DNA of 37,889 bases from positions 1 to 37,889 of the IMG/VR virus record IMGVR_UViG_3300009068_000085, one strand, 5' to 3'. Shown in pieces: positions 17,656-25,984 of the stretch. Within the stretch, counting starts at the first letter, position 1. Each line of letters opens with the position of its first letter. The notes beneath the pieces are model-generated. The model was given only the letters and a program-made list of their open reading frames with translations, had not been told where the DNA came from and ran no database searches. Source of the DNA: a virus. Its lineage: Duplodnaviria; Caudoviricetes. The position numbers were made by a program, and so were the translations under genes.

Positions 17656-19820
17656 CGTCTGCCGTCCGGACGTATATCAATACGAGGGGCACCAAGCTGC
17701 CATGTCATGTCTGCCTGATTGGAATAGACAGAGAAAGACATTTGGCGACCACGAACACGGGTGTACACCTGCCCTGTGAACTGTTCAATTGTGTAAGCTT
17801 TGCCGCCTACCGTAATGGTTTGATTGGTTGTGCCGGTAACAGATGCATATGATTGCCCGCCAACTGAAGTTGGGTTGTTGTACCCAGACCCAGAGTTCTG
17901 AAGGGGCAGCAGAGTCATAGTTACACTGGGCGACGTAGCGGTTGAACCACGGAAAGTAATGTCAGGAATGAGACGCCAAATAAACCCAAAGTTATGCCCG
18001 TCATCAATGTCAAACTGCGCTGAGTTGATATAAGCTTCAATTGCAACCCCATCATTGGAGTCTGTGCCATCGTTTAAACCATACTCATGCTGCACAAGAT
18101 TGTAACTGTAAGTTGCAGCCAGCGGGTAATCTTGCAATCCACTATCAAGCCAAGCGGTTCTTCCCATAGAACCGTAATACCAAATGTCTTCTGCGTAATT
18201 GTAAATTACATACTTATCAATTGTTGAATTGGGATTGCTTGCAAGACCTGCGGAGCAATAGAAAAACCAAACTTCGTTAAAACCTTCGTTTGTACTAGCA
18301 AATATTTGATCAGCTTGAGCAAAGTTTATGTCGTCAAATATGTACTGACGAAGATCGCATCTTAATGTTTGAATCCTACCGTCATATTTGTAGAACTTAT
18401 CTACACCCATCCAGTAACCCACCCCGGATGCTAATGTGGCTGCGTTTGGCCCAGCAATAGATATGTTATCCCCAAGCAATTGGGTTTGCCAAACAGCGGG
18501 TGGACCTGCGTATTGCATTGAGTAAAAGCTGGAATCAGTCCAAACCAGAATCTCTTGCCTACTTTGTAAAGTAGTAATAATCTTTGAGCCGTGAGAAAGC
18601 CTAATGTCTCCGGCTTGATTGGTTGCGGATGGATACCATATTGTCAAAGACTCTTGGTCAGACCAACGAATAAGCATTGGGTCTAACACAGTAGTATCAG
18701 TTAAGGAGTTTGTCCCAAATACGATTACAAATCTGCTTGCATCTGAAACCGTAAATGTGTTTTGATAACGTGGACAGTACCCGTCTGTACCGGACAAACT
18801 TAGCAATGAAATGCCGTTTGGGTTAATGTAGGCAGTACCGCTACCCGCACCTGAAGTGTTGATTGCAGCGCCTCCAGCGGTCAAAGACACATTAAAAGAA
18901 GTGCCTGTTGATGCAATAGCGTAGTAGGTTGTTCCCGGCGTAAGCCCAGTGGGAAGCGCACCAGACGTTGAGAACGTAAATGGAGTCCCGGTAGCAACTG
19001 TAATGGTTGAGGTTACTACTGCCGGTGTAGCAACCGAAATAGTTACTATGGACGGCGTTAGACCCAGCGAAGCATCCCAGTAATACAACCCACCACCTCG
19101 TGGACCAAACAAAAGGTCCTCACCCCAGTTTGTTTGATTCCAAATACGAATTGGGTCAAGTGAATTAGCGTTACGTCCCCAACCAAGAGTACCCCAACCA
19201 CCAGATCCCCACCCAACACTAGGGGACACAACCGCTGGCCCTACGTTGATTTGGTAAATGAAATATGCGGTCGTTGACGAACCGGGGCCAGTTGCATTGC
19301 TGGATGCGGTTCCAGTTACACTGATTGTGTAAGTATTTGTACTTGCAGAAATGATTTGATATTGCCCAGCCGCAACAGTAACGCCACCAACCGTAGGGGC
19401 AGATCCGGCATAAGAAATGGTGACAAAATCATTGTTTACCGCGCCGTGGGCGGAATGATTAACGGTAACAGTGGTTGTTCCGCCAGAGTTTGTAGCTGTG
19501 TTGGTTGTGAAATAGTTGGTTGTAAGAGTTACAGTTGTTCTAATTGGGGTGATATCGTTGTATGTGCCGCTCTCTTCGATGTAAAACTTAAGGTTTGTAC
19601 CAACCCCAACAAGGTTTAAACCGACAAGTGTTACCCAGTTCCAAAGAGAACGGCAAACACCTAAGAATGTATTGGCAGAGATACGCGCCCATCCCCCGAT
19701 CTTCTGGGGGGTTCCCTGTCTAAACCGGATTTTGTCAGACTCATACCACCCGCCTTCGTTTGTATAGCGCGTGTTTTCTCTGTTAACTCCCGGTTTAAAC
19801 AGTATCTTTTTGAGTGGCAT
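17652..19820 (-). CDS. tail nozzle / packaged-DNA stabilization protein (P22 gp10 / T7 gp12-like)
   Basis: MPLKKILFKPG...RFRQGTPQKIGGW, IRWSDQE...NQAG.IRL..GS.I, FNEVWFFY, C-terminal RIDIRPDGRR; contains Thr-rich beta inserts. Confidence 0.75.
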   Translation of the reverse strand: MPLKKILFKPGVNRENTRYTNEGGWYESDKIRFRQGTPQKIGGWARISANTFLGVCRSLWNWVTLVGLNLVGVGTNLKFYIEESGTYNDITPIRTTVTLTTNYFTTNTATNSGGTTTVTVNHSAHGAVNNDFVTISYAGSAPTVGGVTVAAGQYQIISASTNTYTISVTGTASSNATGPGSSTTAYFIYQINVGPAVVSPSVGWGSGGWGTLGWGRNANSLDPIRIWNQTNWGEDLLFGPRGGGLYYWDASLGLTPSIVTISVATPAVVTSTITVATGTPFTFSTSGALPTGLTPGTTYYAIASTGTSFNVSLTAGGAAINTSGAGSGTAYINPNGISLLSLSGTDGYCPRYQNTFTVSDASRFVIVFGTNSLTDTTVLDPMLIRWSDQESLTIWYPSATNQAGDIRLSHGSKIITTLQSRQEILVWTDSSFYSMQYAGPPAVWQTQLLGDNISIAGPNAATLASGVGYWMGVDKFYKYDGRIQTLRCDLRQYIFDDINFAQADQIFASTNEGFNEVWFFYCSAGLASNPNSTIDKYVIYNYAEDIWYYGSMGRTAWLDSGLQDYPLAATYSYNLVQHEYGLNDGTDSNDGVAIEAYINSAQFDIDDGHNFGFIWRLIPDITFRGSTATSPSVTMTLLPLQNSGSGYNNPTSVGGQSYASVTGTTNQTITVGGKAYTIEQFTGQVYTRVRGRQMSFSVYSNQADMTWQLGAPRIDIRPDGRR

Positions 19821-20257
19821 TACTTACTCGCTACGCCCTTGTGCTTTTCAAAGCTACGCATACCGCCAAACCCAAGAAGACCGGCAAGCAGCGTCATAAG
19901 CTGCTCAACATCAAGATCCGGTGGAGGGTTTAAACCTTTAGGAATGATATCGTAACCTTGCCCAAAAGCCCATAGCCACTGCATTAGAGGGTAGCCAAGA
20001 AACTGGTAAGCCAGACCCAAAACCCCAACCCAGCCGACAGCAGGACGCCAGCCAGCGACAAAAAAATTAGAAGAAGCCGCTTCAATTTTGTTGACCTCGA
20101 CCTGTGCCAAGTCAGTGGCTTGGTCAATCTTCTTTTCCTCCAGATCGAGTTTGCGGTCCTCCAGTGCCATCTGGAGCCTCTCCTTATCTGTCGTAATAAG
20201 ATCGCCCGCAACTTTGCCAACTCCTTCAATGATTGACCCAATACCAATTAGATCCAT
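19820..20257 (-). CDS. holin (GTA-type 3TM holin family)
   Basis: EVNKIEA...FVAGWRPAVGWV...LLGFGGMRSFEK; adjacent to the endolysin. Confidence 0.85.
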   Translation of the reverse strand: MDLIGIGSIIEGVGKVAGDLITTDKERLQMALEDRKLDLEEKKIDQATDLAQVEVNKIEAASSNFFVAGWRPAVGWVGVLGLAYQFLGYPLMQWLWAFGQGYDIIPKGLNPPPDLDVEQLMTLLAGLLGFGGMRSFEKHKGVASK

Positions 20258-20772
20258 TACTTCAGCCCTTTCAGAGTGCGGTTAATCCAACCAAGAAGAA
20301 ACTTGGATTGGGTTTTGTTCTTATTGCAGATGTCTGCGTAGCGGGTAATTTTTGCCAGCGCGTAAGCTTTTCTAAACGCTTCGCCGTCAATAGTGTTGAA
20401 CTTTTGCAATGTCACATCACCAACCGCGCCATCCGGGGTAGCGCCTACAATCAACTGCGCGAGCTTGACCGCGACTTTGATGCCGGTATTTACGCCAAAG
20501 TTGAAGATGTTTTCTGCAACAACTGGGTTCGCAATTTCATCCCCTCGGATACGATCCCAAAACTCAACCTTATAAAAGTTGCGAACCATTCCAGTAAGAA
20601 GCGGATTATCGATAGCACCGTGGTCAATGAGGTTCCAACCGGGCCATTGAGGATTTGGGTTGCGTGCAATTCCTGCATAAGTCATTCCCCCGGTATCACC
20701 CGGAACAGTGTGTAAAACATAACCGCCTTCATCGACGATCATCTTGTCAAACGCGGGGTTAAAATCAGCCAT
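20257..20772 (-). CDS. endolysin, glycoside hydrolase family 108 with peptidoglycan-binding domain
   Basis: EGGY...DTGGMTYAGI, FNFGVNTG, DGAVGDVTL, KFLLGWINR. Confidence 0.92.
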   Translation of the reverse strand: MADFNPAFDKMIVDEGGYVLHTVPGDTGGMTYAGIARNPNPQWPGWNLIDHGAIDNPLLTGMVRNFYKVEFWDRIRGDEIANPVVAENIFNFGVNTGIKVAVKLAQLIVGATPDGAVGDVTLQKFNTIDGEAFRKAYALAKITRYADICNKNKTQSKFLLGWINRTLKGLK

Positions 20773-21083
20773 TATTTCTTCATCCGTTCTTCAAGAATGA
20801 CGATGCGCTCGCGGTTAACGTGGATCAGTTCGCGGTTCTCGTTAATTTGCTTTTCAAGATCCTGCCGCAGCTTTTCCCGAGCTAGTTCAGCCCCGCTATT
20901 GGCGGCTTGCTTGTTGTCGCTAGTTACCACCAAACTGATCTTGGCGTTCAGTACCGTTACGTCATGCGTCAATTTGTCGAGCGCAGACATCAGATACACA
21001 ACGCAGGTAAAAAGAATTGGGAAAACGGCAAACGCCACTTTCTCGATAAAATGCGATTTGGCTTCAAGTTTTTCAGTCATCAC
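20772..21083 (-). CDS. single-TM coiled-coil protein in the lysis cassette
   Basis: VAFAVFPILFTCVVYLM transmembrane segment followed by a coiled coil. Start is GTG 21083 or ATG 21080. Confidence 0.7.
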   Translation of the reverse strand: MMTEKLEAKSHFIEKVAFAVFPILFTCVVYLMSALDKLTHDVTVLNAKISLVVTSDNKQAANSGAELAREKLRQDLEKQINENRELIHVNRERIVILEERMKK

Positions 21084-21235
21084 TTATCCTTCATCTTGTT
21101 GATAAGGTCAAAAGCACTCTTTACCTTTTCCTCAAGTACCGCGACTCTTAAGTCAAGTTTGGAAAGTACAATTATAAGCGTGACTATACCTAATAGCACA
21201 GGCCACGCTTTGAGGAATAGTTCAATGATGTCCAT
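21080..21235 (-). CDS. 51-aa single-TM coiled-coil protein (MDIIELFLKAWPVLLGIVTLIIVLSKLDLRVAVLEEKV...)
   Basis: Translated by hand. TAATG overlap with the upstream stop; exactly fills the gap; not in the ORF track. Confidence 0.8.
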   Translation of the reverse strand: MDIIELFLKAWPVLLGIVTLIIVLSKLDLRVAVLEEKVKSAFDLINKMKDK

Positions 21236-22191
21236 TAAAACTCACTTACGTCAATGAGTTGACCCCGAAAGTCTATTATCCCATCTTCGTGCTTACTTAC
21301 CAACTCCGGCCATAGCATCTTTGAGTCTTTGAACGTTAGCACCGCAAACCCGGATCTCCAGTTCACAGGAGAATCTTCTAGATAGTCCATAAACTGGGGG
21401 CCGTCGATCTCTGCCAGTGTTCCGGTATCGACCCCAAATCTGGTTCCCCGGTAATCACTGTACGGGGTACATTTTAGACTGTGCAGATGCCCAGTTACTA
21501 TCGAGATCCCGGCTGACTGGGTATTCTGATGCGTAGCGTGAATTCCACCTTTATATCGGTGTTTAACAATCACGTTATCAGTTAACCAACATGACCAGCA
21601 CGCATGCCATTTGGGGAAATGGTCTTTAAGGGATAACCCTGAAACACCTTCAAACTCAGATGCCGACTGAGCTAACTTAGTCTCAAATCGACTGTCATGA
21701 TTGCCTAAAGGCCATATCAGTTGTGTGTGGTGTCTAGCTTCGTGTGCGGCTTTTTCAATCTCCCCCAGAGCCTCCTGACAAGCTTCTAGTTCTTGCCGGA
21801 CTGAGGGCTGATGACCCCAACCGATTCTCGGGTATCTGCTGATCGCGGCGCCATCGAATGCGTCGCCGTTGTTAATGATAACGTGGGGTTTAAGTTCTTT
21901 GATTGCCCATAGAAGTCCTTTAAACGCAGTACTTCTGATTCCGGGCCAGAAGTGGGCATCACTAAATACTAGGACTATGCCGTCTGTTATACCTGCCTGA
22001 TGGCGGGCTTTCTTTATATGCGATGGGATTAATTTTTCAGCAGTAAGTTTGATGTTTAAACGGTTTTCTAATGAACGCCGCCTGCTGTGTACGCGGCGCT
22101 CGGACATTTTAAACAGCTTTGCAACCACTGCTGGAGACTTGTGTTTTTCCCAAGCCTCTAAGAAATCTTTGTCAGATGCTTTGACTATCAT
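21235..22191 (-). CDS. calcineurin-like metallophosphoesterase with N-terminal HTH-like region
   Basis: SDAH, NGDAFD, GNHD, KH and GHLH motifs occur in canonical order. Confidence 0.88.
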   Translation of the reverse strand: MIVKASDKDFLEAWEKHKSPAVVAKLFKMSERRVHSRRRSLENRLNIKLTAEKLIPSHIKKARHQAGITDGIVLVFSDAHFWPGIRSTAFKGLLWAIKELKPHVIINNGDAFDGAAISRYPRIGWGHQPSVRQELEACQEALGEIEKAAHEARHHTQLIWPLGNHDSRFETKLAQSASEFEGVSGLSLKDHFPKWHACWSCWLTDNVIVKHRYKGGIHATHQNTQSAGISIVTGHLHSLKCTPYSDYRGTRFGVDTGTLAEIDGPQFMDYLEDSPVNWRSGFAVLTFKDSKMLWPELVSKHEDGIIDFRGQLIDVSEF

Positions 22192-22221
22192 AGCCGGGTT
22201 CCTTGTTGGGGAACCCAGCTA
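22191..22221 (-). promoter_or_regulatory. RNA hairpin covering the RBS and start of the metallophosphoesterase
   Basis: TAGCTGGGTTCC-CCAACAA-GGAACCCGGCTA(TG): 12-bp stem with one G-U pair. Confidence 0.6.
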
Positions 22222-22271
22222 ATAGCACAGTATTGTGAGGACACAATTACAACCCCTGACGGGGTCTGCCG

Positions 22272-22481
22272 TTAGTCGTCAGTTTGCTCGTCTTCTTTTT
22301 CTTCTTCTGCAACTTCAGCGTCAATCTCAAATTGAGCTTCGATGTTAGAAGAAAAGAGGCTGCTCAATGTGAACTCACTAACGCCGTTTGCAGAAGCAAC
22401 CGCGTAGACAGCGGAGAACAGAACGTTCAGAGCGTCGATAGGCTCAGAGCCTTCAAGAATTTCAATGATTTGGTCTTTCAT
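22272..22481 (-). CDS. small acidic hypothetical protein (moron-like)
   Basis: ATG at 22481 with GGAG RBS; flanked by non-coding gaps. Confidence 0.7.
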   Translation of the reverse strand: MKDQIIEILEGSEPIDALNVLFSAVYAVASANGVSEFTLSSLFSSNIEAQFEIDAEVAEEEKEDEQTDD

Positions 22482-22519
22482 GGGAATCTCCGGGGTTAGG
22501 AGGGCAAATGCCCGCCGGT

Positions 22520-22528
22520 ATTTTACCA
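22520..22528 (-). promoter_or_regulatory. putative extended -10 promoter (TGGTAAAAT)
   Basis: TGn-TAAAAT in the intergenic gap about 40 nt upstream of ATG 22481; no clear -35. Confidence 0.4.
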
Positions 22529-22550
22529 AGTGTGTAAGACAGGAAAATTA

Positions 22551-22934
22551 CTAGGGCCAAGTTACTGCCCAAGGAAACCCAGACTGACTTGGTACGTCAC
22601 GAAGTGCTTGCCGGTACGTTGCCCATACAGCCTTATCGACAGGACTATCTGGGATCTGGGTCCAATCAGATTTAGCCAGTAGAGCGTCGCGTTGGGCGCG
22701 AACCTTTTCCGCTTGTTCAGAATCGGGGATCGGCGTAATCACCCAGTTGGTAAACCACTGCCCGTTTGTCTGAATAGGTTGCCCAACATGAGCACGCTCG
22801 CGCTCTAGGTTTATAGCTGGGCGGTCCACCCATTCAACGGGGGCGTAGTCGGTTGCCCCAGCAGGGTCGATCTGAATGTCCCCAATGTGCCGAGGGTACT
22901 CACCAGTAGAAAGTTTGATGTATGTGTCGCTCAT
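22551..22934 (-). CDS. tail fibre assembly chaperone
   Basis: VRAQRDALLAKSDWTQIPDSP...WATYRQALRDVP.Q.GFP..VTWP. Confidence 0.88.
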   Translation of the reverse strand: MSDTYIKLSTGEYPRHIGDIQIDPAGATDYAPVEWVDRPAINLERERAHVGQPIQTNGQWFTNWVITPIPDSEQAEKVRAQRDALLAKSDWTQIPDSPVDKAVWATYRQALRDVPSQSGFPWAVTWP

Positions 22935-24259
22935 AGTGGGGTCACTGAAGAAGTTATAAAGTTCGCGTCTGCTGCCGTTAACGAGCTAGTAGCCAATGTT
23001 ATCGTAACAGCAGTGTCAACTAATGATGAGGTGTTCGTTGTAACCGTGATGGTTGGCGAAGTTAACGAAGACGCCTGATATACCCAACTGCCGTAAGTTC
23101 CAGTTCTTGTACCATCAGTTGGTAGTTTTATATTTCCGCTAGAACCGTTTGGAGATGAGAAACCAAGCAAAGCAGCTATATACATATTTCCAAATGCGTC
23201 TACCGCAATACCATTCCCAGTATCATCTCCACCAGAACCAAAAAAGACCCGTTGCCATTGAATGGTTCCCGATGAATTGTATTTTGCAATTAAAACGTCT
23301 TTATCAGCCGAAGTTGCTCTAGTAAAGCCAGTAATGTAAATATTTTCCGAGCTATCTAATGCAACACCCAAGCCGCCGTCAAATGATGTATCGGCAAGAG
23401 TCCTGTGCCAAACATACGCCCCAGAAGTATCGTATTTAGCTAAAAAAGTAACATTTGTTGAACCCGGAGAACTGCCGCCCGTCCCGCCTTGACCACCAAC
23501 TACGTACAAATACCCAGACGAAGCAACGGCAATCCCGTAAGCAGAATACTGCGCCGGAGTTATTGTGCGTTGCCATAAGAGCGTTCCAGAAGAATTGTAC
23601 GAAGCAAGTACAGCAATTGCCGCTGTAAAAGTTCCACCATTAGAGGAAAAACCTGCAACGTAGACATTCTCTGAAGAATCTAACGCAATCCCATAAAATC
23701 GTTCTATAGAAGAAGTACCAAGCCCCAAAAGTTTAGTCCACTGAACCGTACCAGATGAGTCTATTTTTACAACGCAAGCGTTAGTAAATCCGGTTGTTGG
23801 GTTGTTGTAGCCTCCACAAATATATACATTTCCAGATGCACCAACAACCGCTTCTTGAAAATTGCCGTTATTTATTCTTTTCTGCCATTGCACAACACCA
23901 GAAGAGTTGTACTTTGCTGCTTGCATATAGGTACTGCTACTGGTTCCAACAACGTATAAGTCCCCAGCACTTGAAATTGCTACGCCATTGCCTCGGTCAT
24001 CAGAAGTCCCCCCAAGAAGTTTTTTCCATTGGACCGTGCCGTTATAGTCATATTTCGTAAACAAAAAATCATTTGAGCCAGCGCCGTCGCTGTTTGTATA
24101 GCCTATTGTATAAGCATTTTTATTGCCATCTACCAAAACACTTTGCGCTTGATCAAGCGTGGTTCCATATAAAAACGAAAGCCAATACGGATTAGAACTT
24201 CCGCCAAAAAGTCCATACGCTCTTGCGGATGCTGTGCCTAATGTAGTAATGGTCGGCAT
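22931..24259 (-). CDS. beta-propeller (SBBP-like repeat) receptor-binding/tail protein
   Basis: About 6-7 repeats of GIA.DSS.N.Y..G...AKY.SSG..QW. Confidence 0.8.
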   Translation of the reverse strand: MPTITTLGTASARAYGLFGGSSNPYWLSFLYGTTLDQAQSVLVDGNKNAYTIGYTNSDGAGSNDFLFTKYDYNGTVQWKKLLGGTSDDRGNGVAISSAGDLYVVGTSSSTYMQAAKYNSSGVVQWQKRINNGNFQEAVVGASGNVYICGGYNNPTTGFTNACVVKIDSSGTVQWTKLLGLGTSSIERFYGIALDSSENVYVAGFSSNGGTFTAAIAVLASYNSSGTLLWQRTITPAQYSAYGIAVASSGYLYVVGGQGGTGGSSPGSTNVTFLAKYDTSGAYVWHRTLADTSFDGGLGVALDSSENIYITGFTRATSADKDVLIAKYNSSGTIQWQRVFFGSGGDDTGNGIAVDAFGNMYIAALLGFSSPNGSSGNIKLPTDGTRTGTYGSWVYQASSLTSPTITVTTNTSSLVDTAVTITLATSSLTAADANFITSSVTPL

Positions 24260-24262
24260 GGC

Positions 24263-25975
24263 TTATGCGAACTTGGTCTGCGAAGCAAACACGGTGAATG
24301 CCGCTGCCCCGGTCTTAACGATGGTGTATGTATAAACGTCAATACTACTAGCATTCCCCGCTGTCGGTGCTGTTCCACCCTGCCACTTGGGAGTTATGGA
24401 AGCCCCATCAACCTGCACCGCGCTGTTGTAGTAAGCCGTAGACCCCTGAGTCACAAGGAACGCAGCGGTCAATGATTGGCCGGTTGACATTGCCGAATCT
24501 AAACTTGTTCCGCTAGAAGCCCGGAAGTTCACCGTCCAGTTAGCCGAGGCGTTGCTGGTGTAGTACAGGACCGACTGCGTTGTGATGTCGTAGTTGATCG
24601 TGCCTGTAGCGGCGGTGGCGGATACGGTAGCAACCTCGGCCATGTTAGTGAACACAGATGCAAGGACGCTAGACGACCCGCTAAAAGTCTGTCTTGCCGT
24701 GAACGAAGTGGCCGTCCCCGGCGCAACGTAATCGGTGCCCGCAGTAGCAGCAGTAAATGCACTACCACCGTTTCCTTTGACAATACCTGTAAGAGAACTA
24801 ACCCCCGTCCCGCCACTACCCACTACAAGAGTTGCAGACAATCCCGCCGCAGTGGTTGCTGTGGCTGCGTTTCCCGTGCAAGAACCGGATGAACCAGTTG
24901 TATTCTGATTAAGCGTTGGGAATGTGCAGTTTGCAAGGTCTCCGCTGGCTGGTGTACCAAGTGCTGGCGTAACAAGCGTTGGGCTGGTAGCAAAAACCAA
25001 AGCACCAGAACCCGTCTCGTCCGTAACCGCAGCAGCTAGATTTGCGCTAGTTGGGGTTCCTAAAAACGTAGCTACTCCCGTGCCAAGTCCCGAAACACCA
25101 GTAGATATAGGCAAACCAGTTGCATTTGTTAATACGCCACTTGCGGGCGTGCCCAACGCTGGCGTAACCAGTGTTGGTGAAGTGGCAAATACCAATGCAC
25201 CTGTGCCTGTTTCATCTGTGACTGCTGATATAAGGTTAGCACTAGTTGGTGTGGCTAAAAATGTAGCAACTCCTGTGCCTAGTCCACTTACACCTGTGCC
25301 AATTGGCAAACCAGTGGCATTTGTTAATGTGCCACTTGCAGGAGTCCCCAGAACCGGAGCAGTCATCGTAGGGGAAGTAAGCGTCTTGTTGGTTAGAGTC
25401 TCTGCTCCAGCAAGTGTTGCAAGCGTTCCTGAAGTTGGCAGGGTAAGCGCAGTGCTGGCAGTAAGTGTAAGAGCTAAAGGGTAACTGCCGCTAAAGGTCA
25501 GCGTGTTAGCTGCGTTGTTAGCTACGCCGGTTCCGCCGTTTTCTGGTGCTACAACACCTGTCAAGTTAGAAAATGCAGTAGACGCAACTTTAATGAAGTT
25601 TGATCCATTCCAAGCCATCACTGCTTTTTCGCTGGCAGCGATTGTTACGCTTGTCCCGGCAAGACCTTTAAACGAAAAGCTGTAGGTGCCTGATAGATTG
25701 TTAACAACGTAGACTTGGCTTGCGGCGGGGACGGTTAACGTGAACCCGTTTGCGCTGGGGGTCACGTTTAAGATTGCGTACTGCGACGATGATCCGGTAA
25801 GACTTGCGTTAGTTTGTTTGGTTAACGCCGTGTCCGCTGACAATGCAATTGCATTTGATCCCGCAATCGCCGAATCAAGATAAGTTGTCAGGAAACTGTT
25901 TACCGTGTCGCCCCAGCCGGTTTCACCTTGCGCTGGCAGGACAAGACCAAGAAGGGAGGTATACGAAGCTGCCAT
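24263..25975 (-). CDS. tail fibre protein
   Basis: N-terminal [21 protein letters not shown] anchor, GGTG fibre motifs, C-terminal KWQGGTAPT...SIDVYTY domain. Confidence 0.8.
   Translation of the reverse strand: MAASYTSLLGLVLPAQGETGWGDTVNSFLTTYLDSAIAGSNAIALSADTALTKQTNASLTGSSSQYAILNVTPSANGFTLTVPAASQVYVVNNLSGTYSFSFKGLAGTSVTIAASEKAVMAWNGSNFIKVASTAFSNLTGVVAPENGGTGVANNAANTLTFSGSYPLALTLTASTALTLPTSGTLATLAGAETLTNKTLTSPTMTAPVLGTPASGTLTNATGLPIGTGVSGLGTGVATFLATPTSANLISAVTDETGTGALVFATSPTLVTPALGTPASGVLTNATGLPISTGVSGLGTGVATFLGTPTSANLAAAVTDETGSGALVFATSPTLVTPALGTPASGDLANCTFPTLNQNTTGSSGSCTGNAATATTAAGLSATLVVGSGGTGVSSLTGIVKGNGGSAFTAATAGTDYVAPGTATSFTARQTFSGSSSVLASVFTNMAEVATVSATAATGTINYDITTQSVLYYTSNASANWTVNFRASSGTSLDSAMSTGQSLTAAFLVTQGSTAYYNSAVQVDGASITPKWQGGTAPTAGNASSIDVYTYTIVKTGAAAFTVFASQTKFA
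24925..25355. repeat. 65-aa (195-nt) tandem repeat x2 plus partial third, inside the tail fibre
   Basis: [59 protein letters not shown]; GCCACTTGC at 25136 and 25331. Confidence 0.9.
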
Positions 25976-25984
25976 TTTAATCCT

